A stretch of DNA of 63,766 bases, counting the filler, from Chiloscyllium plagiosum (taxonomy: Eukaryota): the NCBI RefSeq assembly GCF_004010195.1. It is 4 parts of one record of this genome, joined end to end, with 100 filler letters (N's around TTAATTAATTAA, not from the genome) between each part and the next. Parts side by side here need not be neighbours in the genome. Positions count along the whole stretch, not along the records: positions 27,300 to 53,046 come from NC_057717.1; 3 more parts are not named here. The stretch is one strand, 5' to 3'. Numbering within the stretch: position 1 is the stretch's first letter; each line of letters begins with the position of its first letter. Of this stretch, positions 39,805-52,856 are shown one piece after another. Below the pieces are notes generated by a model that was not told the origin of the DNA, searched no databases, and worked only from the letters and a program-made list of their open reading frames with translations. A program made the translations under genes and the position numbers.

Positions 39805-42029
39805 AGTCACAGAGTCATAGAGATGTACAACATGGAAACAGACGCTTCCATCCAACTCGTCCATGCCGACAAGATATCCCAACCCAATCTAGTCCCACCT
39901 GCCAGCAATCAGCCCATATCCCTCGAAACACTTTTTATTCATACACCCATTCAGCCGCTATCTAAATGTTGCAATTGTACCAACCTTTACTACTTCCTGT
40001 GGCAGTTCATCCCATACACGTACCACCCTGTGTGTGGAAAAGTTGCCCCTTACGTCACTTTGTATTTTTCCTTCCCAACCTAAACTTATGCCCTCTCGTT
40101 CTGGGCTCCCCACACCAGGGAAAATACCTTGTTTATTTCCACATTCATGCCCCTCATGATTTTATAAACCTCTATAAGGTCACCCCTCAGCCTGCAATGT
40201 TCCAGGGAAAATAACCGCAGTCTATTCAACCTCCACCTATAGCTCAAACCCTCCAACCTTGGCAACATCCATGTAAATCTGTTCAGAACCCTTTGAAGTT
40301 TCACAACATCTTACCGGTAGGAAGGAAACCAGAACTGCACACATTATTCCAAAACTGGCCTAACCAACTTCCCGTACAGCCGCAACACGACGTTCCAACC
40401 ACTGTTCTCAATGCTCTGACCAATTAAGAAAAGCATACCAAATGCCTTCTTCACTGTCTTATCTACCTGTGACTCTACTTTCAATGAACAATGAACCGGC
40501 ACTCCAAGTTCTCTTTGTTCAGCAACACTCCCTTTAACCTCACCATTAAGAGTATAACCTTGCTAAGATTTGCTTTCTCAAAATGCAGCATCTCGCATTT
40601 ACCTAAATTAAACTCCATCAACCACTCCTCAGCCCATTGGCCCATCTGATCAAAATCCCGTTGTAATCTGAGGTAACCTTCTTTGCTGTCCACCACACCT
40701 CAAATTTGGGTGTCATCAGCAAAGTTACTAACTGTACCTCTTATACTCACAGGCAAATGATTTATATGAATGACTAAAAGTTCTGGAATCAGCATCGATC
40801 CTTGTGACACTCCATTGATCACACGCCAACAATCTGAAAAACAACTCTCCACCACCTCCACCCTCTGTCTTCTACCTTTAGCCAGTTATGTATCAAAATG
40901 GCTCGTTCTCCCTGTATTCCATGAGATCTAACCTTGCTAATCAGTCTCCCATAAGGAACCTTAACAAATGCCGAACTGAAGTCTTTATAGATCACGTCCA
41001 CTGCTCTGCCCTCATCAATCATCTTTGTTAATTCTGCAAAAAAATCAATCAGGTTTGCGAGACATGTTTTCCCACGCACAAAACCATGTTCACTTTCCCA
41101 AATCAGTCCTTGCCTTTCCAAATACATGTACATCCTGTCCCTCAGGATTCCCTGCAACAACATGCTCTCCAGTGATGTTAGGCTCACTGGTCTATAGTTT
41201 CCTGGCTTGTCCTTAACACCTTTCTTAAACAGTGGCACCATGTTCTGGCACCTCGCCTGTGACTATCAATGATACAAGTATCTTGGTAAGAGACCCAGCA
41301 ATCACTTCCCTAGCTTCCCACAGAATTCTTGTGTACACCTGATCGATCGGTTCATGGGGATTTATCCACTTTTATGCGTTTCAAGACATCCAGCACTTCC
41401 TCCTCTGTAATATGGACATTTTTCAAGATGTCACCATCTATTTCTCTGTATACCTACATCTCCCATGTCCTTCTCCTGAGTAAACGCTGATACAAAATAC
41501 TCTTTTAGTATCTCCCTATCTTCTGCGGATCCACATAAAGGCCGCCTTGCTGATATTTGAGGGCTCTGTTCTCTCCCTATTTACCAGTTTGTCCTCAATA
41601 AATTTGTAAAATTCTTTTCCATTCTCCATAATTCTATTTGCCAAAGCTATCTCATGTCCCCTTTTTGCCCTCCAGATTTCCCTCTTTAGTATACTCATAC
41701 TACCTTTATACTTTTCTAAGAATTCACTCGATCTACCCTGACTGTTCATGTCATATGCTTTCTTCTTTTTCGTAACAAGACCCTCAATTTTTTTCGTCGT
41801 TCAACACTCTCTATATCTACCAGCCTTTCCTTTCACCCTTACAAGAATGTACACTCTCTGCTCTCTGGCTATCTGATTTCTTAAGGCTTTCCATTTTCAG
41901 GCCATCCCTTTACCTGCGAACATCTACCCCCGATCAGTTTTTTAAAGTTCTTGCCTAATACCATCAAAATTGGCCTCTCTCCAATTTAGAACTTCAACTT
42001 TTTGATCTAGTCTGTCCTTTTCCATCATT
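39805..42029 (-). mobile_element. CR1 LINE, paralog of 831-3020 and 25800-27199
   Basis: PLFKKGVKDKPGNYRPVSLTS, EHGFVRGKTCLANL. Confidence 0.92.
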
Positions 42030-42559
42030 NNNNNNNNNNNNNNNNNNNNNNNNNNNNNNNNNNNNNNNNNNNNNNNNNNNNNNNNNNNNNNNNNNNNNNN
42101 NNNNNNNNNNNNNNNNNNNNNNNNNNNNNNNNNNNNNNNNNNNNNNNNNNNNNNNNNNNNNNNNNNNNNNNNNNNNNNNNNNNNNNNNNNNNNNNNNNCT
42201 CACACATTTCAAGTGAGAAATTAAATTAATTGATTATATTTAAATATGTAAAGAGTTATAAGTCTATTTGATTGTTCAATCATTTGTTCACTCTGAATAT
42301 GCAATCAGTCATAGGTCAACCACTTTGCAAATGATAGAGCGACAATGTGTGTATTTCAATACTGAGATTCAATGTGTAATTGTGATCACCAAAACAGTAC
42401 GAAAACATATTCTTTTTTTGGTACAAAACAAAATATGCATTCTTTACTTTTGTATCATAAAAGGTTCTTCGGTGTTTATATTTTACTTCCATAAACATCG
42501 AATCCAATGTTTTCAGAGATGATGCAGTTATTGTTCAGTTGAATAATTGTAAATCATAC

Positions 42560-43450
42560 TTATTATTGCCCAATTCACAAACATAGCAAACTCCTGATCG
42601 TTTTTCTGGTCAGTAAACCCATCTCTTTGCATCATGACCGACGTTAAAAGTGGCTTCCAAAAGGCCTGAATTCGGGTACAGTGCTACTGGACCTCACAGC
42701 TGCCTATGACACTGAGTGAGACACGGTCCTGCTCCTGAATCTGTGAAGAGAGTTTCCTACCTGGGTCAGGGCAGTCATTCAAACATTCCCTCACAGAGAA
42801 TCATTTGGAATCCACCTTCAGCAGGAGGAAACTAGCCATCACTGCTGTCACTGCAGGTTCAAATGTTGTCTAAATTAGATACCAATGACTGAAGAAGAGC
42901 CAGGTCTTACAAATTCATCTTCAGTCAGAGCCTGGCCCAGGGAGCACATTTATGGACATGGAGGGTCAGAATCAAACCGCACAAGTTATTTGTGGTGACG
43001 ACATCTGGCTTGCCCCCAGGACACCATAATCCTGCACCCTAGACCAGACACCTGGGTGAAAACATTCACACTTTGATAGTCTTCTGCAGTGTCTTGTGTC
43101 TCACAATGACCTTTTGAAACTTTACCCAATAAATGTACCTTCACATTCGCCAGTATCAAAATAAAATTGTACACGTCTGTGGGTGGTCAGATATTAATAT
43201 ATGGGTCACCCAACAGAATGTATCTGAAGCAACCAGGAGCAAACAGCAATCCAAAAAACATTAGTAACTGAACTTTGTGGATTTTGTTTGGTCTAGAGAA
43301 CCACACATATTGTGCTGACACTCAGATGACAGTAACCATACACACCATTACTGGAAATCTAGGCCTAACGCCTCTCCCAGCTTCCTGCCCTCACACACCT
43401 CACTCCCTCACACATTTACCAACTGATGAGAATCCACAAGGTGGATGAAT
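42560..43450 (+). mobile_element. Vingi/I-group non-LTR retrotransposon RT remnant
   Basis: Manual translation GTVLLDLTAAYDTE*DTVLLLNL, VICGDDIWLA (decayed YADD), ADTQMTVTIHTITGNLGLTPLP/LPALTHLTPSHI; resembles the DLTAAYDTVWH...MRIITG.L..TP..WLP.L signature. Confidence 0.7.
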
Positions 43451-43456
43451 CCTGGA

Positions 43457-45060
43457 ACATAGAAAAGTACAGCGCAATCAGAGCCCTTCAGCCCTCAATG
43501 TTTTGCCTGCCTTTTATCCTACTCTAAGATCAGGCTAACCTTCATAACCTTCAACGTACTAACTTCCATGTGCCCATCCAAGAGTCTTCTTAAATTTCCC
43601 TAATGTATCTGATTCTACTACCACCGCTGGCGGTGCATTCCGCTCCCACCACTCTCTGTGTTATGAACCTACCTCTGACATCTCCCCTAAACCTTCCTCC
43701 AATCATTTTAAAATTATTCCCCTTGTTGAAAAGACTCTGGCTATCTAATCTTTGAATCTCAACATCTTGTACACCTCTATCAAGTCAGCTGTCATTCTTC
43801 TTCACTCCAGGGAGAAAAGCCCTAGCTCACTCAAATTTTCTTACTAAGACATGTCCTTCAGTCCAGGCAGCATCCTGGTAAATCTCCTCTGGACACTCTC
43901 TGAGCCTTCTACATGTTTCCTCTAATGAGGCAACCACAGCTGAACACAATAATCCAAGCATTGTTGAACAACAACTTTATAGAGATAAGCATTAACCTCG
44001 GTATTCTTAAATTCAATCCCCCTGCTAATGAACACCAACATACCATACATCTTCTTAACAACCCTGTCAGCTTGCGTGGTAACTTTGCGGGATCTATGGA
44101 CATGGACCCCAATTTCCCTCTGTTCCTCCCCTTTGCCAAGAACTCTGCCTTTAACCCTATATTCTGTATGCAAACGCAAAATTCCAAAATAAATCACTTC
44201 ACACTTTTTAAGGTTGAACTCTATCTGCCACTTATCAGTCCAGCTCTGCATTATGTCAGCGTCCTGTTGCAACCTACAACAGCCCCTCACTCTATCCATA
44301 ACTCCATCAACCTTCATGTCATCGGCACATTACTAACCCACCATTCCACTTCCTCGTCAAGGTCATTGATAAAAACCATAAAGAGCACAGGTCCCAGAGC
44401 CAATCCCCGGTGAACACCGCTGGTCACTGACCTCCAGTCTGAATACTTTCCATCTGCTACCATCTTCTGCCTTCTATGGGCGAGCCAAGTCCATATCCAG
44501 ACAGCCACATTTCCCTGCATCCCATGCTTCCTTACTTTATGAATGAGCCTACAATGGGGAACCTTATCAACCACCTTTCTAGAATTCCTGTTCACCACAT
44601 CTACTGGTCTACCTACATCAACATGTTTTTTCACACCTTCAAAGAATTCAGTAAGGTTTCTGAGGGATGACCTGCCCCTCACAAGGCCATGCTGACCATC
44701 TCTAACCAAATTACCATTTTCTCAATAATTGCAAATCTTTTCTCTCAGAATCGCCTCCAAAACTTTGCCTACCGCTGATGTAAGACTTACTGTTCTATCA
44801 TTCCCAGGTAAATCCCTATTCCCTTCCCTGAACAAGGGAATAATATTTGCCACCCTCCAATCATCTGGTACAACTCTAGTGGAGAGTGAAGACACAACGA
44901 TCATTACCAAAGGCACATCAATCTCTTTCAATACTTCCTGGAGTAACTTCGTGTATACCCCATTTAGCCCCGGGGGTTTATCTATCCTTATGTTTGTACT
45001 TCAATCAGACTGTACTTCCCCTCAACTTGTCTAACCCTGTCCAACCAATTGATTGACTGC
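43457..45060 (-). mobile_element. CR1 LINE, 5'-truncated
   Basis: [45 protein letters not shown]; 3' tail near 43457. Confidence 0.92.
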
Positions 45061-45154
45061 TTTCATCTTCAGTGCTATATGCAGTGCTGCATTCCTGAGT
45101 AAGTACAGTTCCCAACGTCCTGCGAATCACGGAATCCAAATAAATGCACAAATG

Positions 45155-45290
45155 CCTTCCTGATAAGGAGCACATGCACGAACTGTTGACTCTCCTGCTC
45201 GTCGGATGCTGCCTCACCTGCTGTGCTTTTCCAGTACCACATTTTTTGACTGTGATCTCCATCAACTGCAGTCCTCACTTTCTCCACTAC
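45155..45290 (+). mobile_element. Solo Penelope-type terminal repeat with eroded hammerhead (similar remnants at ~48745-48830 and ~49568-49672)
   Basis: CTCCTGCTC.TCGGATGCTGCCT.ACCTGCTGTGCTTTTCCAG...CTGCAGTCCTCACTTTCTCC matches the end of the 12829 element. Confidence 0.75.
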
Positions 45291-45936
45291 TGAGGGCTGT
45301 CCCCTCTGCACACTGAGCGGGGAATTAACCACCAGAAACTCATTGTATGTGGAGCTGACTGCTCAGATCTGGAAAGTTGCACTTGATGAATACATTTGTT
45401 TAGAAGTTACAATTCAATAAATATTCATTCAGTCCCAGAGTTACATTTTTGCTTCATGGTTTGGGTAGCCTGATAACAAATAGTCAATGATTGAAGAGCT
45501 CTGAGGCACAGAATATTCCAGGTGTTATATTCCAGCTTATGTTAATGCTGTGAGTATTATCAGACAGACTGATGTGATAATGGCATGAGTTGACATATGG
45601 AGGTGTAACATTTTGCCATCTCAGAAACGTGTTTGAGAGAGGTCAGGGCTAAAACTCAATAGTCTCTTGTACTGGAACTATAGGCAGGACAGGAGAGGGT
45701 GTTAAAGAGGAGGTAATGTTGCATTATTAATTAAGGAACAGTTACTGTAGTAAGGAGGGACGATATCTTGGACGTGTCTACAAATGAGGCTTTATCGGTC
45801 AAGGTGAGGTCCAAACAATGACAGACACAAGGCTGGAGATATTTTATAGAGCCCCAGAAAGATGAAAATACAGGAGCAGATATATAACCAATTCACTGAC
45901 GTGTGAAAAAGCCATTTCACTGAGGTGTGAAGGGAA

Positions 45937-46146
45937 GCAAGGCTGGAGATGTTACAGAGAAAGGAAAGCATGGCTGGTGATATCACAGTTATAGGAAAGA
46001 CTGGCTAGAGATGTTGCAGAGATAGGAAAGCAAGGCTGGAGATGTTACAGAGAAAGGAAAGCATGGCTGGTGATATCACAGTTATAGGAAAGACTGGCTA
46101 GAGATGTTGCAGAGATAGGAAAGCAAGGCTGGAGATGTTACAGAGA
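45937..46146. repeat. 31-bp minisatellite with a 93-bp (3x31) higher-order period, runs into a gap
   Basis: GCAAGGCTGGAGATGTTACAGAGAAAGGAAA / GCATGGCTGGTGATATCACAGTTATAGGAAA / GACTGGCTAGAGATGTTGCAGAGATAGGAAA repeated exactly. Confidence 0.9.
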
Positions 46147-46825
46147 NNNNNNNNNNNNNNNNNNNNNNNNNNNNNNNNNNNNNNNNNNNNNNNNNNNNNN
46201 NNNNNNNNNNNNNNNNNNNNNNNNNNNNNNNNNNNNNNNNNNNNNNNNNNNNNNNNNNNNNNNNNNNNNNNNNNTGAGTGTCATACAGCACAGAAGAGGC
46301 CCTTCGATTGATAGTGACAAAAAATTAAAAGCCCTGCAGACACTAGAAATCCCTCCTTCCTAACGTCTTGGGACGAGTGATAGATGTAGGAGAGACGTCC
46401 TACAGACTTCTCAAGCAACAATGTAACATTACGAAACCTCACGGTGTCAGATCAAACTCTGACACGGAAACCTCCTGCTGAATTCCTTCCCTCAGCTGAT
46501 GAATCAGTGTCCCTCTACATTGAACAACACATGGAGGACTCACTGACAGAGTGAATGAGCTGGAGAATGTATACTGGGTGGCCCTTTCAAAACCACCACC
46601 CAGAGGGGCACAGCAGCAGCATTGCTGATCGAAATGGTCGGGTCCAAACGAACATAGCTGCGAGACTGGTTTGGCACCGGGTGGAGAGAGAACGATTGAC
46701 AGGGAGAAACTTACTTGACCTCATCCTCACCAACCTATCGGCTGCAAAGACATTAATCAATGAGCACATTGGGAACAGTGTATACCGAACACAGTATATC
46801 TGGAGACAAAGTCTCACTTTTACTT

Positions 46826-46876
46826 TGTGTGCCTGTGCGTGTGTGCGTGTGTGCGCGTGCGTGCGTGTGTGTGTAC
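46826..46876. repeat. (TG/CG)n alternating purine-pyrimidine microsatellite
   Basis: tgtgcgtgtgtgcgtgtgtgcgcgtgcgtgcgtgtgtgtg. Confidence 0.85.
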
Positions 46877-48059
46877 ACGCATCAGCGCACATGTGAGATA
46901 CACATGTCCCGAGCTTAACGGGACAGATTTCAAAGAGATCTAGAACTCAGCACTGGCCTGTGTGAGGTGATTCGAATCATCAGCAGCAGAATTGTACTCT
47001 CGCACAATTTTCACTGTCACTGCCTGGCATATGCTCCACTTTACCCTGACCATCAGGCCAGGGTATAAACTCTTGTCCAATGGAGAATACAGGAGGGCTG
47101 ACCAGGATCAGCACCAGGTACACCTAGAAATGAGGCGACGTTACTGAACAGGACCACTTACTCACCAAATAGCATAAACAGCCAGTGACAGACAGATCTA
47201 ACTAACAATTCGATCTAATCGCTACAATCCTGTCATATGCAGTCAGGTCGAATAGTGGTGCCAATCAAACGACTCTGGATGAGGAGGACCCCCACATATC
47301 ATCTTCCTCAATGATGGAATGGCCCAACACAACAATAGAAAAGCTCAGTCTGGAACGACCACAACAAAGTTCAGACAGAGGTATCGATAGGAGGATCTAT
47401 GTTAGTCTCCTTCAAATGACAGTCTTCAGCGAATTCGATTTCCTGTGTGTGGTAATTCCAAACGACTGGAGAGATGAGGAATGCAAAGGCTGTGGGCCCT
47501 GATAACATTCCATTCAAACTGTTCCTACTGGGATACAGCACTGGCATCGACCTGTCAATGTGGGAACCTATCCGGGTGTGTCCTGTACACACACAGACAA
47601 ACCATCAGACAATCAATGTCTACCCCATTGCTCTCATCTCTATCATTAATAAAGGGATGGAAGATGTCACTCACAGTGGGATCAAGCAGCACTTCCTCAG
47701 CACCAAACTGCTCACTGAAGCTCAGTTTGGGCTCTCATCCCTGGGGCTAATTGAAGCCTTGGTTTAACGATGTACAAGAGACGATGGAGCTGAATTCTAG
47801 AGGCGAGGCAACAGTGACTGAGCTTAACATCATCATATCTGCATTTGACCAAGTTTCCTATCAAGGATTAATGACAAAACTGGAGCAAATAGGAACCGTT
47901 TGCACTGGTTGAAGTTATACCTGAAAGGAAGGTGGCTGGGGTTGGAGGAGAGCATCCATCGTAGCTCCAGGACAGCTCTGCAGCAGTTCCCCAGGGGAGG
48001 GGTTTCTGGTAAACCTGTAGATCAGAAGTGGAAGGTAAGGCACCATACCCCGACAGGAT

Positions 48060-48245
48060 GATGGGGCTGCTCTCTCTTTAGACAGAGACGACTGGTGGCA
48101 GTTTAACTGGACAGTCATCATGCCTCAAATAAGGGAGAGGTTGAGTTCTCCCTTTTCAGTCACGTCAGTCAGTGCAGAATTGAACCCACACTGTCGGCAT
48201 TAATCTGCATTACAAAGAAGCGGTCCAACTGATTGGGGTAGCCAA
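48060..48245 (-). mobile_element. tRNA-derived SINE fragment
   Basis: Minus-strand A-box-like CAGTTGG and B-box GGGTTCAATTC. Confidence 0.5.
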
Positions 48246-50857
48246 GTCCTCACTCAGTTATTTGGGGAAGCTACTGAAACATATTGTTTTCAGATATGTT
48301 GTTAGATACCTCTGGATGAGGTGGAACTAGAAGCCAGCTTCAGAGCTCAGAGAGAGGGACAGCATCAATGAGCTGTAAGGGTGCTCTCTGCCCTCGGCCC
48401 AATAATTTTCTGCTGCTTCATAAATTACAATCCCTACATTGTTAAGTCACAACTGGGGATGTTTGCCAATGATTGGACAATGTTTAACACCATTCGTGAT
48501 TTACTCAGATACTGAAGCAGTCCTTGTCCAAATGTACCAGGTCCTGGAAATATGCAGGTGTGTGCTTCACAGTGACAATACCATTTCCATTGCACATGTG
48601 TCAGACAACGATTACTTCTAACAATGGAAAATTAAACCACATCCTCTAACGTTCAATGCCACCACCATAACTGAACACTCACCAAGCAATATCGCGGGGA
48701 TTACTGTTCACGTGAACTGGACCTACCATATGATTCAATTACTCATTCCTGTGAAGGGCTTATGCTAAAACATTGAAACTCCTGTACCTCAGCTGCTGCC
48801 TGACCTGTTTTGCTTTTCCAGCTTTTTGACGCATATAAATTCATTGGCTACAAGAATATGTCAGAGGCCAGAAATTCTGCAGTAATAACTCACCTCAAAA
48901 TTTCCGAAAGTCTGTCACCTATTGCTAAGACACATGTTGAATGTGTGTGATTAAATACTTCCATTTGCCTGTGTGAGTTCAGCTTCACCCCTCATCCACT
49001 GATGCTCAGTAGCAGCAATACCTGCCATCTACTTGATGCTCTGCAGAAATTTACCAAGGCTCCTTACAACGAACCTCTGAACCCCAGAACATCAATAAGG
49101 ACAAGGGAAGCAGATACACGGGACCTCCACAATCTTCGCGTTCTGTTCCAAGCCATCTACCATCCTGATTGGGAATTATATTGCCATTCCTTCAGTGTCA
49201 CTGTTTCAATTTCCCTATCTATCAATAAATGCCGTCCCAATCACATTGCATGAATAAATTAACATAAAGAATATTGTCTAGACCTTATCAATGCTTGACA
49301 CGGTTTTGGGTTTTGTGAACTCAGGGTGGTTGGTCCAGCCAGTTCCCTGCTTGTTGTGAACAGCTGAAGGGATATGATGTTTTAAACAATCTGTCAGTCT
49401 CTCAAAGGTATGGCCTACATACCGAACACCACAGACACTGGCATTTTCATCCCACATTACTGAGCTCTAAGATAGACAGAAGCAACTGAAAATGTACTCA
49501 CATCTGACTGGGGCATGTTTAAACACACAGTGACATTGTTGCCATGAAAATGATTATTATTATTAGCAGGGAAAAAGTGAGGACTGCAGATGCTGGAGAT
49601 CAGAGTCAAAAAACGTGGTTCTGAAAAAAAACTCAGACGTTCAGGCAGCATCTGAGGAGCAGGAGAATCGACTATTAGTTAACAGTATTAATACAAGGGA
49701 AAATAATTGTATATTTTTAAAGTCCTTGTACTGAATAATAATTTGGTCTTGGGTGTGGCAATAAGACTCACAATTTCTATGCTAATTACTGTGAGTTTTC
49801 ATCATATTGTTATTATAACAGTGTACTGAATAAATGGGTGATTTAAAAGTTGGTATTACGAAAGGATATCGGACCTTCAGTAAAGAGACTTTACTTAATG
49901 GCTGTTAATGGTTAGAAAAATGCTGTAAACATTTACACAGAGATTTCCAGCTCAAGTGACACACAAGCTCGTTGGGCTGGGATCATACTGGCCATCAATG
50001 CAGCTGCACAATTCTGCTTGGATACTAACATTGTGGGGCTAATATACACTGGATATGGTTTATGACGGATTCAATATAAGATACCATACGCTGCGGGAGT
50101 CCATCACCTTTATAACACCTTCATTCAGGATCAGGGCCAAGGTTCAGAATGACAGAGTTTAGGTGGCACACAAGAAGAGATATATTTGCAAGACATGGCT
50201 GTTTACAGGTTGTTTTTATTGAACTGCGTCTGGGCCAGCGCCATGTGTTAGTCCATTGACCAGTCTGCCCCACACACATCTCCCTATTGTTCAAGTATGT
50301 CTCTAACCAGTCTATTGTGAGGGATTGTGTGAGTAACTGCCCAGCTCCAGTTTGGAAGCTCTCTGGACACATTTTGGAGATGGTCAGTGTTTTGGAGGTC
50401 GTAGTGAGGGCTAGTAATACTTGTATCTGAATTCAGGCGTTTCCTCAAAGTCATTTTCAATAGCTTTGCTGCCTGCAAGATGGTGGGTTCACTGATCTGA
50501 AAATGAAGCGGCTGTTTACTCCAGTCACTGAATTGTGTATTAGTTAGGTTTACGCTCTGGTAGTTCAATTATTGTGCACTTCAATTGTTTTCAACTGAAA
50601 AACAATGATGTTTGGTTTATTTTAAAATATGTAAGCAATAAAGTGATATTAACTCTTCATTACAGAAAATGTGAAAATGACCAGGTATGCATTTCGCATG
50701 GACTAATCAAGTAACAATCAGATATTGTCTGTAAAGCAGGATTCTGTGAAAAGGACTATGTCCCAGACAACATCACCACCCTCTCTGTTAGGTTCTATCC
50801 CACTCACAGGACACAGACAGGCAGAGGGGGACAGCTCCTTGGTATACAGTCAATATA

Positions 50858-51125
50858 GGTTGTCATGGTGGCTCAGTGGTTAGCACTGCTGCCTCATAGC
50901 ACCAGGGTCCCAGGTTTGATTCCAGCCTCTGGCAACTGCCTGTGCGACATTTGCACATTCTCTCTGTGCCTGCGTGTGTTTCCTCCCACAGTCCAAAGAT
51001 TGCAGCTCAAGCGAATTGGCCATGTTAAACTGCCCATAATGTTCAGAGAGGCGTGTATTGCTCTTCTGAGGTGTGGACTGGTTGGGCCGAAGAGCCTCTT
51101 CCCATCCTGTAGGGAATCTAATCTA
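50858..51125 (+). mobile_element. HE1-type V-SINE
   Basis: A-box TGGCTCAGTGG, B-box GGTTTGATTCC, V-domain TTCCTCCCACAGTCCAAAGA, (ATCTA)n tail. Confidence 0.88.
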
Positions 51126-51494
51126 ATGATAGTACTCAGCATTGATGCTGGATCCTGTGGAAGCTAGACTGCTCTGTGGCAGGTTATGGTGGAATCAATA
51201 AAAGGGCAACATATAACTGACCACATCATCACTGATCTGCCTGCTGCAGATACACCTCTCCATTTCATACATCAGGAAGAATGGTCACTGCACATTGGGG
51301 ATCAAGGGCTACCTTCGCATTTTGCAGACCCTCCACACCATGATATGTAGCTCCATGAGTACTGAATGGAACAGAGCTTACAAAGATTGAATAACCAATG
51401 ATGATGCAGCCATGAGGTGCAGTGGGCCATCGGCATCAGCAGAATCATACTCTGTACAGCTCATACAGTCTGCAACTTCACAGCCAGACAGACT

Positions 51495-51825
51495 CCCCAC
51501 TGTACAGTAACCATCATGGCCCGACATACCTCCCACTGTACAGTAACCATCACGGCCCAACATATCTCCCACTGCACAGTAACCTCACAGTCAGACATAC
51601 GTCCCACTGTACAGTAACTATCACGGCCTGACATACTTCCCACTGTACAGTAACCAGCACAGCTTGACATACCTCCCACTGTACAGTAATCATCACGGCC
51701 CGACATAGGCCCCACTGCACAGTAACCATCACGGCCTGACATACCTCCCACTGTACAGTAACCATCACGGCCCGGCATATCTCCCACTGTACAGTAATCG
51801 TCACGGCCCGACGTATCTCCCACTC
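51495..51825. repeat. 36-bp minisatellite (~9 copies) inside a LINE fragment
   Basis: Unit CCCACTGTACAGTAACCATCACGGCCCGACATACCT. Confidence 0.92.
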
Positions 51826-51842
51826 TACAGGCACAATCAAGA

Positions 51843-52136
51843 GAGGCACGGTGGCTCAGTGTTTAGCACCGCTACCTCACAGCGCCAAGGTCCTATGTTC
51901 GATTCTGGCCTTTGGCGACACTCTGTTTGGGGTTTGCGTATTCCCCACCTCCCGCCCCGTGTCTGCGTGAGTTTCCTCCCACAGTCCAAAGATGTGTAGG
52001 CCAGATGAATTGGCCATACTGGATTGTCAAGTGTTTTAGTCAGAGGGAAATGGATCTGGGTGGGTTACTCTTCGGAGGGTTGATGTGGACTGGTTAGGCC
52101 AAAGGGCCTGTTTCGACACTGTAAGGAATGCAATCT
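51843..52136 (+). mobile_element. HE1-type V-SINE
   Basis: GGCACGGTGGCTCAGTG, GTTCGATTC, TTCCTCCCACAGTCCAAAGATG, GGCCAAAGGGCCTGTTTC tail. Confidence 0.88.
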
Positions 52137-52229
52137 ACTCTCCAAGTTTCAAGTCAGGATTATGATGCAATAATCACCTGGCTGAATGAGTGCAGCTCCA
52201 ACAGTACTCTAGTGTGCACTAGCAACAGG

Positions 52230-52850
52230 CAACACATTTGTGTGGGGAGGACCATGTCTCACAAAATTGATTGATTATATTGAGGAAGTGACAAAATTGA
52301 TTGATGAGGGCATGGGACTGGATGTTGGCCGTTTTGACTTTAGGAAGGCCTTTGATATGGTTCCTTATGGCAGGCTCATACAGAACGTGATGTGAAACGG
52401 ATCAGCGGTCAGTTAGCAAGATGGATAGAGAACTGCTTGGCCATAGAAGACAGAGTAGTGGTGGAACAGTGATTTTGTGATGAGAGATCTGTAAATTGAT
52501 TGGCAGAGTTGCAGATTGTGATGATGATTGCCAGAGAATACAGCCGGATATAGGTCAGCTGCTGACTTGGATGGAGAAAACACAGATGTAACTATATTTG
52601 AACAATTGTAACGTGATGCATTTTGTAAGGACTAATGCAAGAGAGAAGTATAAAGTGGATGGAAAAACTACTGATCTCATCAACATCTGAAGGCATCTTG
52701 GTGTACAGCTCCACAGTTCCCTGAAAGTGGCAACACGGTGGATAGGGTGATCAAGAAGACTGACTGAAAACTTGCAGACAAGCATCGGAGTATGCAATAT
52801 GAATAATAACAGGTCATATTGCAGCTTAGTTCGAGGTGCATTTCGAAACT
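52230..52850 (+). mobile_element. CR1 RT fragment
   Basis: DFRKAFDMVPYGRL, HLGVQLHSSLKVA remnants. Confidence 0.75.
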
Positions 52851-52856
52851 GTGTAG

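Larger units (their letters stand above)
27300..41205 (+). repeat. Segmental duplication unit B
   Basis: Starts with one SINE-head satellite unit, then colinear with unit A; continues to ~42990 in sequence shared with the inverted copy at 1-3872. Confidence 0.95.
46380..49250 (+). mobile_element. Old non-LTR retrotransposon of a second family (CR1/L2-group), EN and RT remnants, with nested insertions
   Basis: GRNLLDLILTNL..IGNS, KAVGPDNIP, VCPVH, PIALISIINKGME, LLTEAQFG. Confidence 0.75.

Noticed and set aside
49960..50350. Integrase-like words (SYWPSM, DIFARHG, VRDCVSNC)
   Set aside because: The order and spacing are inconsistent with an integrase, so this is probably chance; the region stays unexplained
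51378..51849. Repetitive ORFs on both strands (also 12405-12761 and 62473-63696)
   Set aside because: These are by-products of tandem repeats lacking stop codons
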